From Candidatus Heimdallarchaeota archaeon (lineage in GTDB: Archaea > Asgardarchaeota > Heimdallarchaeia > Heimdallarchaeales > Heimdallarchaeaceae): a DNA stretch of 64,000 nucleotides. Position numbers and translations under genes: made by a program. The notes beneath the pieces were generated by a model. It worked only from the letters and a program-made list of their open reading frames with translations. It ran no database searches and was not told the origin of the DNA. The DNA lies in contig JAUVXV010000014.1 of assembly GCA_030603365.1 (NCBI GenBank), positions 1-64,000 of the forward strand. The letters run 5' to 3'. Below are positions 1 to 9,689 of this stretch, piece by piece (position 1 is the stretch's first letter; every line of letters begins with the position of its first letter).

Positions 1-1
1 G

Positions 2-765
2 TTAGTCTATCTTAAAACCATTCCAAACGTAAAGAAGAACCCTAAGCGGAAAGGAGCAATCGATTTAGGGATGACCAATCTTGTGACCTTTGTGGATAAC
101 CTCGGGAATCAACCGATTGTTATCAAGGATCACGGGAAAGGAATAAAATCAATAACCCAATATTATCTGAAAAACCAGACCAAACTAAGAGAACAATATG
201 TTCAGCAGCAGAGAAAGCAGTTGAAAAAGAACAACAAGTTGGAGTATGGAGCAGCATATTACATCTTACGTGAAAAGTGGAGGAAGAAACTCAAAGACTC
301 CATCCACAAACTCACCCATTATCTAGTTGAATTATTGATGGAACGAGATATTCATGAGGTGATAATTGGGTACAATAAGAAGTGGAAACAAGGGGTGCAT
401 TTCTGGAAAAAAGTCACCCAGATGTTTGTCACCATCCCCTTTATGCGGATCATTAATGTTCTGAAATATAAAGCAGCTGAAAAGGGATAAATGTTGAACT
501 CATTCCCGAAGAATATACCTCCAAATGTAGTTTCCTTGATAATGAGTTTCCCCAAAATCAAACTAGATATATGGGGAAAAGAGTTAAACGGGGGTTGTTC
601 AAATCTGCTCGAGGATACCTGATTAATGCTGATGTCAATGCAGCTTACAATATCTTAGTAAAAAGCGATCCGAAAGCATTGCCTAGAAGGCGTGCGAACG
701 GGGTAGGAGGATACGTGATGTATCCGCTCAGAGTGAGTATAGAACAGTTACCATGCTCTATATGA
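2..765 (+). pseudogene. tnpB: TnpB (IS200/IS605/IS607-family RNA-guided nuclease), 5'-truncated by the window edge, with a frameshift at ~481-490
   Basis: The frame from nt 2 reads ...KGAIDLGMTNL (RuvC-I), then KLKDSIHKLTHYLV and VIIGYNKKWKQG, and stops at TAA 488-490. The -1 frame continues INVELIPEEYTSKCSFLD...KRVKRGLFKS...INADVNAAYNI (RuvC-III) to the stop at 765. Confidence 0.9.
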
Positions 766-835
766 TGAGCTCTAAGAAAGATATTAACCTATCTTGTTAA
801 TATGACAAGATGACAAAAACACATCATGACACTTT
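700..835 (+). ncRNA. Putative omegaRNA/reRNA scaffold and IS right end overlapping the tnpB 3' end
   Basis: Stems GGATAC/GTATCC (709-725), GCTCA/TGAGC (726-770) enclosing TATAGA/TCTATA, and ATATTAAC/GTTAATAT (781-803). ATGACA is repeated at 802, 810 and 826. This is where TnpB guide RNAs are typically encoded. Boundaries are approximate. Confidence 0.5.
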
Positions 836-846
836 CTGTTTACTTC

Positions 847-1857
847 TCAATACATAGTCCAGTTATATACTGCATCTCGAAGGAATTCTATTGCATTTAA
901 TTCATGTGGTTTAACCTTTCTAAGAAGTTTTGCACCCTTATTTCTCATTTCCGCTGTCATATCTCCTTGGAATGCAAAAGGAAAAATTGAATTAAACTCT
1001 TTTATTAGTTTTAGAGATTGGGTAAATTCTTCAGAAGCCTGTTTTAGGAATTGAGCATGCTTTTTCCCTTCATATTTTTGCATAAATCTAATGAGAAACT
1101 CAACAGCAGTTATCCTACCTTCTAATGCACACTCAGCAACATAACTGGTACCATGATAGAAATGCGGATCATCACTTCCTTCATCTAGAATGCTTGCCCA
1201 CTCAGTGAAAGCTTCAGGACCAGCAACATAATTGTCATGAGTAAGTGAAGGTCCACCTCTTGTAAGTTTAAGCGCTCGTTCAATAGCATCTTTGTCTGTT
1301 TGACTTGTTATCTCTCCAACTTCTTCATTGAATGAAAAGAAATGCAGTGCTCCAGGTGAGTGGAGTTTATCGAATTTGATAGGTTCATCAGGTTGATTAT
1401 TTAATCCTCGAAAAGTACTAACGAGATAACTATCATTTTCATAACCATAAGCGATCCCATATTCTGGTACAGGTATTCCCCAAAGAATTACTGGTTTATC
1501 GGTTTTTTCTAATGCTTGTTTAAATGCTTCAAAGATTTTTTGTGCCCTTTCTTTATCGTTCTCTGATAATTCTCCTTCTCTTGAATGAAAATCACCTGGA
1601 TCATCATAACCTTCTATACTGAATCCAAGAGCTTCAGTTCCCTTGAGGATGTCAGAATAAGCTTTATGTGCAGTAGGACCAGAGGGACAGGTGACACCTT
1701 TTGAGACATTTATCAGGAAAGACCATCCACTATAACCCCCTACATCAACAACATCATGATTCTTGCCTAGAGATTTCAGTATACCAGATGCGGCACCTAA
1801 ATAGGAAATCCAACATGGTTGATAAATTGGTTTTACTTTAACTTCTTTTCTTGCCAT
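847..1857 (-). CDS. Hypothetical protein (336 aa)
   Basis: Long ORF with normal composition. Motifs GYSGWSF, CPSGPT and PVILWG..PEYG; no family recognised with confidence. Confidence 0.75.
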   Translation of the reverse strand: MARKEVKVKPIYQPCWISYLGAASGILKSLGKNHDVVDVGGYSGWSFLINVSKGVTCPSGPTAHKAYSDILKGTEALGFSIEGYDDPGDFHSREGELSENDKERAQKIFEAFKQALEKTDKPVILWGIPVPEYGIAYGYENDSYLVSTFRGLNNQPDEPIKFDKLHSPGALHFFSFNEEVGEITSQTDKDAIERALKLTRGGPSLTHDNYVAGPEAFTEWASILDEGSDDPHFYHGTSYVAECALEGRITAVEFLIRFMQKYEGKKHAQFLKQASEEFTQSLKLIKEFNSIFPFAFQGDMTAEMRNKGAKLLRKVKPHELNAIEFLRDAVYNWTMY

Positions 1858-1987
1858 TGGCTTACCAGCTCAAATTATATCTCTAACATAAAAATGAAGA
1901 TTATATTCAAAAATCTTTGCTGAAATTTGAAAATATAGTCTTAAATAGTTAAACTACTAAATTTCACCAGTGTTTGAGGTTATTAGA

Positions 1988-2482
1988 ATGATTAAAACAT
2001 TAATTGTTTTTGGAACAAGATTTGGTGCAACACATAGATCTTCAGAAGCTATCGCTAAAGTTCTTAAAGAAAAATTCAGCCATAACGTTGAACTTGTAAA
2101 GCTTACAAGTGAAACAGAAAATATTGAGTTATCAAATTTTGACAATATTATTTTAGGAACAAGTATAGCTATGTTCAGTTGGACAAAACGAGCAAAGAAA
2201 TTCTTGAAAAATGACTTCAGTGGGAAGAAATTATTCGTCTTTATCTCCTCAGCTGCATTAACTTACGCAGCTTTAGAAAAAGGTGATATGGAAAAATATG
2301 AAAAACACAAAAAACGTTTTCTTGACAATGTTGTTAAGAAAAATGCTAATGTTGAACCTACCTCAACTGCAGTTTTTGGTGGTTGGATAAAGAAAGGTAA
2401 GACAGAAGAATTTAGCCTATTTAATTGGAAAGAAGAAGATGCAGCAAACTGGGCTGAAGAAGTAGGAAAACTAACTAGCTAA
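1988..2482 (+). CDS. Flavodoxin-domain protein (HemG/Flavodoxin_5-like)
   Basis: N-terminal FMN loop LIVFGTRFGAT, then FDNIILGTSI, FGG and a C-terminal 'WAEEV'. ATG at 1988 preferred over GTG at 1970. Confidence 0.8.
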   Translation: MIKTLIVFGTRFGATHRSSEAIAKVLKEKFSHNVELVKLTSETENIELSNFDNIILGTSIAMFSWTKRAKKFLKNDFSGKKLFVFISSAALTYAALEKGDMEKYEKHKKRFLDNVVKKNANVEPTSTAVFGGWIKKGKTEEFSLFNWKEEDAANWAEEVGKLTS

Positions 2483-2574
2483 TTTGTTTTAGCAATTTTC
2501 TTTTCTTTATATGATGAGTTGTTCCATATTCTCTGAACAAAAATAGATTGATATAACTCCAATCCACATCCTTA

Positions 2575-2865
2575 CTACTCTGTTTCACTATTTAACAGCT
2601 TTGATGAGCTTTGTTTTGAGGAGTAGTATCTTGTTTTCCATTGAATTTTATTTCCACGTAGACCTGAATATATGCCAATAGCTATCATAATAAAATCTAT
2701 TAACATCGTTATGGGGAAGAGTAGGAAGAAATACCATTTCCAATCTCCTTTCTTTCTCCAATACCACTAGACACATATTGCAAATGCTAAGTATAGTGCT
2801 GAATTCACAATAATTCCTATAGAATAATCCCAAACAAACCAGTCAGTTCTTATGAAAGATTTCAA
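2575..2865 (-). pseudogene. Remnant of the C-terminal membrane part of a GT2-family glycosyltransferase, with an internal stop
   Basis: Manual translation gives LKSFIRTDWFVWDYSIGIIVNSALYLAFAICV*WYWRKKGDWKWYFFLLFPITMLIDFIMIAIGIYSGLRGNKIQWKTRYY...*. It has two TM segments, a G..I.WK.R.Y tail and an in-frame TAG at 2767-2769. Confidence 0.55.
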
Positions 2866-2939
2866 GATTTCACCCTATAAACCTGAAAAAAACATGATTG
2901 TTTACTTCAATATTCTAATAAAAGTTAGCTATTATTTGT

Positions 2940-5900
2940 TTATTGGTTAACTCTTCTTTTGATTTGTTCAATATTAGCGTTAATTAAACGTTTCATGTTA
3001 GGAGTAATTGCTGAAGTGTCTACATCAAATACAAGGAAAGGTACCCCGTGCTCCAAATAAATTGGTTTGAGAATTGCTTGAGAGATTTTATAAGGCAGAC
3101 AGTTTATTGGTCCAGTTAGTATAAGTGAGTCAAAATCACTATTCTCTAGAGTTTCCATACCTTTGCCAATTGTTGGGATTGCTTCACCAAAAATCAGAGG
3201 ACTAATTAGTGGCTTGGATTGTTTGTTTATTTCCCTAAGATCATTTCTTCCAGCAAACAACAGACCTGTTTTCTTAAATTTCTTTCTATATCTTTTCTCA
3301 ATTGCATGCATAAGAGGAGGAGCGAGTAAGCTAATAATATAAAGTTGTGAGTATCTAGTCCAAAAAGTAGTAAAAGCTCTGAGAGCAGTTGAAAATTTAT
3401 TTGCTTCTTTTCTCCAATCCTGGGCTACTATTAGTCTTAGATTGATATTACTATACAAAGAAACTTCATATAAATCCGTAGATTTAACTAGAATATTGTG
3501 TTTAGCATAAAGCTCTTTTAATTCATTTAGAAAGAATGGACTATATCTAACAAAGAAATCACCACTTATTAGCACTTTGGGTAAATTTTTGGGAGATTCC
3601 TTTCTTGGAATTGTAGAGATTTTATCTATTAATTTCTCAACATTCTTATGAAACTGCTTCAACTCAGTTGTGCATGATAAGAACTCTGACCAATAATCTT
3701 GGAGAAGTTGCCTACTACCATTACGCCCCACTACTTGTAAAGCACTATCTATCTCAAACATAATATCTCCAACTAGTGCTGTTGCAGGTACATATCTGGC
3801 AATAGTGATTCGGTCAATTCCTAAGAAATCAGTGAGTTGATCAAACCTAAATAGGAACACATTCTTGAATTCATTCTTTTCAATGAAATGTTCTAGATAG
3901 TTAAAGTAACTATAAACAGCACATGGGGACCCACCTCTAATCATGAAAAATCCAACTGCTTCCCCAGGTTTTCTATTTTCTATAACTGATAGCATATGTC
4001 CTATAATTATAGGTAAAGGTATGCATTCTTTTCCTGAACTATATCTCAAACCTTTAACAGGATATTCTATCTTCATCTCTGTTGTTTCTCCAGAGTGGAA
4101 ACCAAAAAGATCGAATATTTTCGACATTGTATCCGTATGAAATTGGGAGAATGGGAAAAAGTGGAGTTTAACTCTTGGGTCTCTAATATCCAGTTTCTTA
4201 TTATCAGAGGTTATCACAACGATTTTTCCACCCCTCTTTTTCACTTTAGTTATTTGGAATGGTTTAACTTCTGTTTTCTTCTTAATTTCTTGGAAATTCT
4301 TGATTATTTCAAGAAAAGCTTCTAGTCTAGTTTGTATTCCAGCATCAGCTGAATGTGCATCCAGTTCTAAGATTAGATAAGGTTTCGATCTCATCTCATT
4401 TCTCATATGATTTTGAACGAATGCATCTATTGTACAACTAAAACTGTTAATGTAAAGTATAAACAGATTATCATATTCTAGAGCTAATTCTAGAGCTTTT
4501 TGTGCGTAATTAGCAAAGAACCAAGGAAAGTCCTCAGCTGAATCTTTATCCAGAAAATCAAAAGGAATAACCGTGACTCCCATACTCGCAAGTTTTTTAG
4601 GAATTAATTGAGATGTCTCTGGCGGAAAGGCATTGTAACTTCTTCCTACCAATAAAATCCCTATTTCACCAGAATTTCTGAGTTTGTCTAAAGTTTCCTT
4701 CCCCATCTGCAAGAATTTGTCTTCAGTTTGCTTTTGAGCAACTATTGCCTTATGATATGCTTTGTTAGCAATATTCTTAGGAACATCAAGCTTTTCTACA
4801 GCCATTTTTACAAGAGCATTATTGTTTTCGTAACCTTGTCTAAAATCTAAAACAGGACTCAGAAATTCTAGTTCTTTGAAAGCTTGTGATATGAAATAAG
4901 GGCTAGCTTGAGTTAGAGGACAAAAAGTTGAATCTCTCCAATCATTTCCTGTTGTCGCCGAATGAACATGAGGTAAAAACACAGTAGAGACTTTATTCTT
5001 AACCAAATCTAGAACTGCTCCATGTAATATTTGTATTGGATAACAAAATGAAGCATTTGTCATCAATTCTTTATCATCGTCTATTCCTGAGAGGATGATT
5101 TCATAGCCCAGTTCTTCAAAAAATGTTGAATATAAAGGATAAAGAGTATGGGTAAGTAATGCTCGTGGAATCCCTATTTTTTCATTACGTGTAGGTTTCT
5201 TCTTTTCAGTTTCAGAATCGATACCGAATAAAAGATCATTTCGGATAAGAACCAAATCCTCTTTTTCTTCTGTTTTATCAGAACCTCTCCATTGATGTTC
5301 ATATCTAGAACATCTTCCTCCAAATGGGAACTTTCTACCACCCACTTCATATCTTTCAATTTGACAATAATTTGTACATGCTTTACAAGTAAAACTTCCT
5401 AAATGTTTCATTTCTTCTTTGATGAGTGATTCAAGAGAGGTCTGCTCAGACATCCCTTTGATTTCGTGTTGTTCGTATTTAGATTTAGTAATCAATGAAA
5501 TACCAAATGCACCTACTAATTCAGGATTTGGAGGGATTATTATTTGCTTTCCAGTGGTTTGAGCAAAAGCATAACCAACCGAATTATTTTTAGCAACTCC
5601 TCCTTGGAAGAATATTTTCTGACCTACTGGTCTTAAACCTTTAACTTTGTTCAGATAATTATCTGCAATAGAATATACTAATCCACCAACGATGTTATCG
5701 CGTTCATATCCTTCCTGAGCAGCTGTTCTTATGTCTGTATTAATAAAAGCTGCACAATCAGCTTTGAATCTCACTGGACTATCGGCTCTCATTGCGACAT
5801 CTGAGATATCAAAAACATGTATTCCAAGGTCTCCTTTTGAACTTTCTTCTAAGAAAGATCCTGTTCCAGCTGAACAACTAGCATTCATTGCATAGTCTAC

Positions 5901-7127
5901 TGGAACGCCATTTTGCAGAAACATATATTTAGAATCTTGACCCCCTATTTCGAAAATTGTATCAACATCCTCATCATAGTAGACTGCACCTCTGGAGTGA
6001 GCAGAAATTTCGTTATAAACAGCTGAAGTACCAAGATAAGCACCAACTATTTGTCTCCCTGACCCTGTAACACCAACTAAATTTACTTGGCAATTTCCTA
6101 CTTGGTCTATTATTTCTTGAATGCACTTTCTAGTTGCTTCTACAGGGTTCCCACTGGTTCTGCCATAATAAGATGCAACAACAGCATTGTCCAAAGGGTC
6201 TACTAAAACTGCTTTAGTAGTTGTGGAACCTACATCTACCCCCAATAACAAAGGAGAGTTTTTATCAAAATCCTTTTTATTTTCTTTAGCTTCAATTATT
6301 GTTACTTGGTCACTAAATTGTTCTAAAGAAGGTAGTTGTGTAAATGTTTTAGTTGTAATTAATTTGTAATTTTCATGGGTTGGGGATTCTTGAACCATCA
6401 AAGCAGTACCATAAGCTTCGAAAACTGAACTTACATCTTTTGTTATTACTTCTACATCTCCTAATTCTTCTCGAAGTAATTTCACAAAAGCATCGTTAAG
6501 AGAGATTCCACCTATTAGGAGAAGTCTCTTTAGTTCAACTCGTGATTGAGTTATTAATCCCATAACTTTACTTACCATACTTGCAAGAACTGATGTTAGA
6601 ATATCTTCAATAGATGCTTCACCACGATTTAGTTTATGTGTAACATCAGATTTACAATGGACAGAACAACGAGAAGCAAGCTCGATTTTCTTCCCCTTTT
6701 TAGCTAATTCTATTGCTTCAGATAATGTTATATCCAATCGATCAATCTGTTGAATGAAGAATTCTCCACTTCCTGCTGCACATTTATCATGAGAGAGTAC
6801 ATTAACAATGTGACCTTCTTCATTTAGAATATATAATACAAATGATTCTCCTCCAAGTGAAACAACAATATCAAAATTTTCATCGTAAGAACTGATACCT
6901 TTCTCTACTGCAACTATTTCTGAAATTTCTCCAGAAGAACCACTCACTTCAAAGAATCTCTTTTCTGAACTTACTTGTTCTTTAATCAATTTTTCTAAAA
7001 CTTCTTCAGGTTTCCCTAGATGAGGTTGTTTAGCGATAGAAGCTTTACCTTTTTCATTAAGAGAGACTAAATTAACCGATACTGAACCGATATTTATCCC
7101 TATATACTCTGTAACTATATTGAACAC
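2940..7127 (-). CDS. Acyl-CoA dehydratase activase fusion (two BadF/BadG/BcrA/BcrD ASKHA ATPase domains + DUF2229/dehydratase-like domains)
   Basis: Motifs GINIGSVS, DKCAAGSGEF, SRCSVH, GVDVGSTTTK, EIGGQDSK, MNASCSAGTGSFLEE, CKACTNYC, IGIPRAL and ELDAHSADAGIQTRLEAF. Confidence 0.93.
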   Translation of the reverse strand: MFNIVTEYIGINIGSVSVNLVSLNEKGKASIAKQPHLGKPEEVLEKLIKEQVSSEKRFFEVSGSSGEISEIVAVEKGISSYDENFDIVVSLGGESFVLYILNEEGHIVNVLSHDKCAAGSGEFFIQQIDRLDITLSEAIELAKKGKKIELASRCSVHCKSDVTHKLNRGEASIEDILTSVLASMVSKVMGLITQSRVELKRLLLIGGISLNDAFVKLLREELGDVEVITKDVSSVFEAYGTALMVQESPTHENYKLITTKTFTQLPSLEQFSDQVTIIEAKENKKDFDKNSPLLLGVDVGSTTTKAVLVDPLDNAVVASYYGRTSGNPVEATRKCIQEIIDQVGNCQVNLVGVTGSGRQIVGAYLGTSAVYNEISAHSRGAVYYDEDVDTIFEIGGQDSKYMFLQNGVPVDYAMNASCSAGTGSFLEESSKGDLGIHVFDISDVAMRADSPVRFKADCAAFINTDIRTAAQEGYERDNIVGGLVYSIADNYLNKVKGLRPVGQKIFFQGGVAKNNSVGYAFAQTTGKQIIIPPNPELVGAFGISLITKSKYEQHEIKGMSEQTSLESLIKEEMKHLGSFTCKACTNYCQIERYEVGGRKFPFGGRCSRYEHQWRGSDKTEEKEDLVLIRNDLLFGIDSETEKKKPTRNEKIGIPRALLTHTLYPLYSTFFEELGYEIILSGIDDDKELMTNASFCYPIQILHGAVLDLVKNKVSTVFLPHVHSATTGNDWRDSTFCPLTQASPYFISQAFKELEFLSPVLDFRQGYENNNALVKMAVEKLDVPKNIANKAYHKAIVAQKQTEDKFLQMGKETLDKLRNSGEIGILLVGRSYNAFPPETSQLIPKKLASMGVTVIPFDFLDKDSAEDFPWFFANYAQKALELALEYDNLFILYINSFSCTIDAFVQNHMRNEMRSKPYLILELDAHSADAGIQTRLEAFLEIIKNFQEIKKKTEVKPFQITKVKKRGGKIVVITSDNKKLDIRDPRVKLHFFPFSQFHTDTMSKIFDLFGFHSGETTEMKIEYPVKGLRYSSGKECIPLPIIIGHMLSVIENRKPGEAVGFFMIRGGSPCAVYSYFNYLEHFIEKNEFKNVFLFRFDQLTDFLGIDRITIARYVPATALVGDIMFEIDSALQVVGRNGSRQLLQDYWSEFLSCTTELKQFHKNVEKLIDKISTIPRKESPKNLPKVLISGDFFVRYSPFFLNELKELYAKHNILVKSTDLYEVSLYSNINLRLIVAQDWRKEANKFSTALRAFTTFWTRYSQLYIISLLAPPLMHAIEKRYRKKFKKTGLLFAGRNDLREINKQSKPLISPLIFGEAIPTIGKGMETLENSDFDSLILTGPINCLPYKISQAILKPIYLEHGVPFLVFDVDTSAITPNMKRLINANIEQIKRRVNQ

Positions 7128-7223
7128 CTTATAGATTTAATAGATATGATATTACCCAAGAAAAACTTACATTTAAAAAAGTTGTCCATACCTAATTACA
7201 AGAAAATGGAAAGGGAGTTTTCC

Positions 7224-9599
7224 TCATACAAGAGGATTAGTGTCAAGAGGATAAGGGTCAACTACACTAGTTACTTCCCAATCTATTGGATAACTGCCAA
7301 CACCAGACCAAGTATCCCAATAATTGCCTTCTAAGGTCAAACTATCATACCATTGACTTCCTCCTTCTTTATCCAATGCTTGAGAAGTTCCTCCTTGATT
7401 ATTACCAATGAAAGCATTATGGTGAATTATATGATCCGTGGAATAAAGGGATATTTCAATAGCATAACCCACATTATTCAAGAAAAGATTATAGGTTACA
7501 TTACATTCTACTTGCACCGCTCCTGAGATTAACAATCCACGATTTGAGTTCTCTGAAAAAGTGTTATTGTGAATAGTAACAAAATCTGAATAAATTACTC
7601 TCATCCCATCTTCATTCTCATAACAAGTATTATTTTCAATAATACAATAATCGGAGAAAGAGATGTAAATTCCTACAGTATTCTGGTAACATATAGACTC
7701 TGATAAATAAGTTCCATCAGATCTATATACATATATTCCGATATTTGAAGCATCATGAACAGTTATATCTGTGAGAGTACAATTTTCAGAATTGAAAATT
7801 CCTATTCCATTATAACAGGAGCTGATAGTTACATTTGTAAGGTTAAGATGTTCAGAGAGATAAACTTCTATCGCTGCACTTGTATTTGAAATGACGATAT
7901 TTCTAATCAGAGCAGAGCTACAATTTATCAGAATTAATTGTCCAAAAGCTATATTGTCAAGAATAAGATCTTGTTGATTTACATAGTAACCTAAAGGTTT
8001 TGAGTTTACCGAGTTATTTGTAATTGTAAATGTGTTATAATCACCTATATTACCATAGAAATTGAATCCACAGAGATCTCCAGATATAGAATTATTTTGG
8101 AAAACAACATAATCTGACCTGCTCAATCTAGGACCATTTCCATAAACATAAGTGAAAATATTGTCATTAGCTGTGATTTTGTCTGAATCAGTAATAGTTA
8201 TTCCATATTCACAAGATTCAAAAGTATTAGTTAGAACTGAAGAGTTATAATTTCTGAATACTTCAACATGACCGTCAAAGAAATGGTTGTTAAAGATATA
8301 CGAGTTAGTACATTCTACTAAAGAAATCTCACTCTGCGTGAAAGTGTTTTCTGTAAATACCAAATTAGCAGCACCTGCACAATAAACATCAGTTTCTAAA
8401 AATGAATTATTCGCAAATGTAACAAAATCGGCATCATCAAGGTTGAAGTGCATGAAACTGTTGTCAGAGATAGTTACATTATTACACTCTTTCAAATTTA
8501 CTGATATCACATATTCATTATTTATGAATTCAATATCAGAGCAGAAAATCAAATCGATTTTGACATCTCCTAATGCTTCATTCAAATTATACAACCAGAT
8601 ATCAGAACAGTTCACAAACAGAATTTGTGTACCTAGACTAAGTGTGTGTGCAAGATTAATGTAATCAGCACTCACTGTAAAAATAAATAAACCATTTCCT
8701 GCAAGGTTTGAATGTACTTGGTAGGATGCATAATCCTCAATAGATACTTCTCTAATTTGATAATCAAAGAAGTTATTGTATTCCAATTTTGATTGAGGAG
8801 ATTGAACAGAAGAGAAATATCTTCCTTCATTGAACGTGATATTAATTCCTATAGAAAAGGTCAGCAAAATGTTAAATTCAATACCAGTATTATTTGAAAT
8901 AAGACTTCGATGAGAGTAAGTAAGGAGAAATGATACATTATCCATATGATTTTTTATTAATAGAGCATCTGAACAATAATCGAGAAGAATAGCACTGTTC
9001 TTCCCATCAAAAACATTTTCTGTTATATTGATATTTTTGGAACCTGAACCAATGATATGAAATAAGAAATTTTCATTGATATTGTAAAAATAATTATTGT
9101 ATATAATGGTCTCATCAGCAGAAGATAAAGATAAAGCATAATGACAGTACTCAAATTTATTTTGAATTATTTGGCTGGAATCTGTATTGGATAAATAGAT
9201 TCCCCAAAAATCACTTCTTATAGTATTATTGAAAATTGTTGCGCTTCCATTAGCAACGTTTTCTAAGCGTATTGAATTTCCATTCTCATGTGTAGATCTT
9301 AGGAGACAGTTTTGGATAACAAAATAATCAGTTGTACCAAAGATATAAATTGCATAAGTAGTAAAAGTTGTAATATTTAGATTGTTGATTAGATGCGGGT
9401 CTTGTTCTGTACCTGTACCTTCAAAATCATAATCTAGAAAATCCTCATTCTTCCATATCATTATTGGATCATGTTCAACCATTTCATCAGGAGGGGTAAT
9501 AATTGGATCATTTTGTAATAATAAAACAGGCACGATAATTGCTACTGTTATTAATAAGCCTACAAGAACACCGACAAGATATTTCCATATTACTTTCAT
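7224..9599 (-). CDS. Membrane-anchored NosD/right-handed parallel beta-helix repeat surface protein
   Basis: N-terminal TM, GTGTEQDPHLI start of the beta-helix, many Asn-rich repeats, C-terminal GNYW...DPYPL. Confidence 0.88.
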   Translation of the reverse strand: MKVIWKYLVGVLVGLLITVAIIVPVLLLQNDPIITPPDEMVEHDPIMIWKNEDFLDYDFEGTGTEQDPHLINNLNITTFTTYAIYIFGTTDYFVIQNCLLRSTHENGNSIRLENVANGSATIFNNTIRSDFWGIYLSNTDSSQIIQNKFEYCHYALSLSSADETIIYNNYFYNINENFLFHIIGSGSKNINITENVFDGKNSAILLDYCSDALLIKNHMDNVSFLLTYSHRSLISNNTGIEFNILLTFSIGINITFNEGRYFSSVQSPQSKLEYNNFFDYQIREVSIEDYASYQVHSNLAGNGLFIFTVSADYINLAHTLSLGTQILFVNCSDIWLYNLNEALGDVKIDLIFCSDIEFINNEYVISVNLKECNNVTISDNSFMHFNLDDADFVTFANNSFLETDVYCAGAANLVFTENTFTQSEISLVECTNSYIFNNHFFDGHVEVFRNYNSSVLTNTFESCEYGITITDSDKITANDNIFTYVYGNGPRLSRSDYVVFQNNSISGDLCGFNFYGNIGDYNTFTITNNSVNSKPLGYYVNQQDLILDNIAFGQLILINCSSALIRNIVISNTSAAIEVYLSEHLNLTNVTISSCYNGIGIFNSENCTLTDITVHDASNIGIYVYRSDGTYLSESICYQNTVGIYISFSDYCIIENNTCYENEDGMRVIYSDFVTIHNNTFSENSNRGLLISGAVQVECNVTYNLFLNNVGYAIEISLYSTDHIIHHNAFIGNNQGGTSQALDKEGGSQWYDSLTLEGNYWDTWSGVGSYPIDWEVTSVVDPYPLDTNPLV

Positions 9600-9630
9600 T
9601 TTTTCACTTATCCAATTTATTGTTTTGAAG

Positions 9631-9686
9631 ATATATGAGATATTTCATAAGCGAATTTCGAGATAATTTCATGACAATTCTGGAAC
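9631..9686 (-). promoter_or_regulatory. Promoter/operator of the NosD gene: 13-mer ATATCTCATATAT plus three phased 11-bp repeats
   Basis: Plus strand ATATATGAGATAT at 9631-9643, identical to 14568-14580. Repeats AATTTCGAGAT, AATTTCATGAC and AATTCTGGAAC at 9654, 9665 and 9676. Confidence 0.65.
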
Positions 9687-9689
9687 GTA

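Noticed and set aside
2767-2769. Pyrrolysine or stop-codon readthrough at the in-frame TAG
   Set aside because: The frame is only a C-terminal fragment, TAG ends several intact genes in this window, and no pyl genes are visible.
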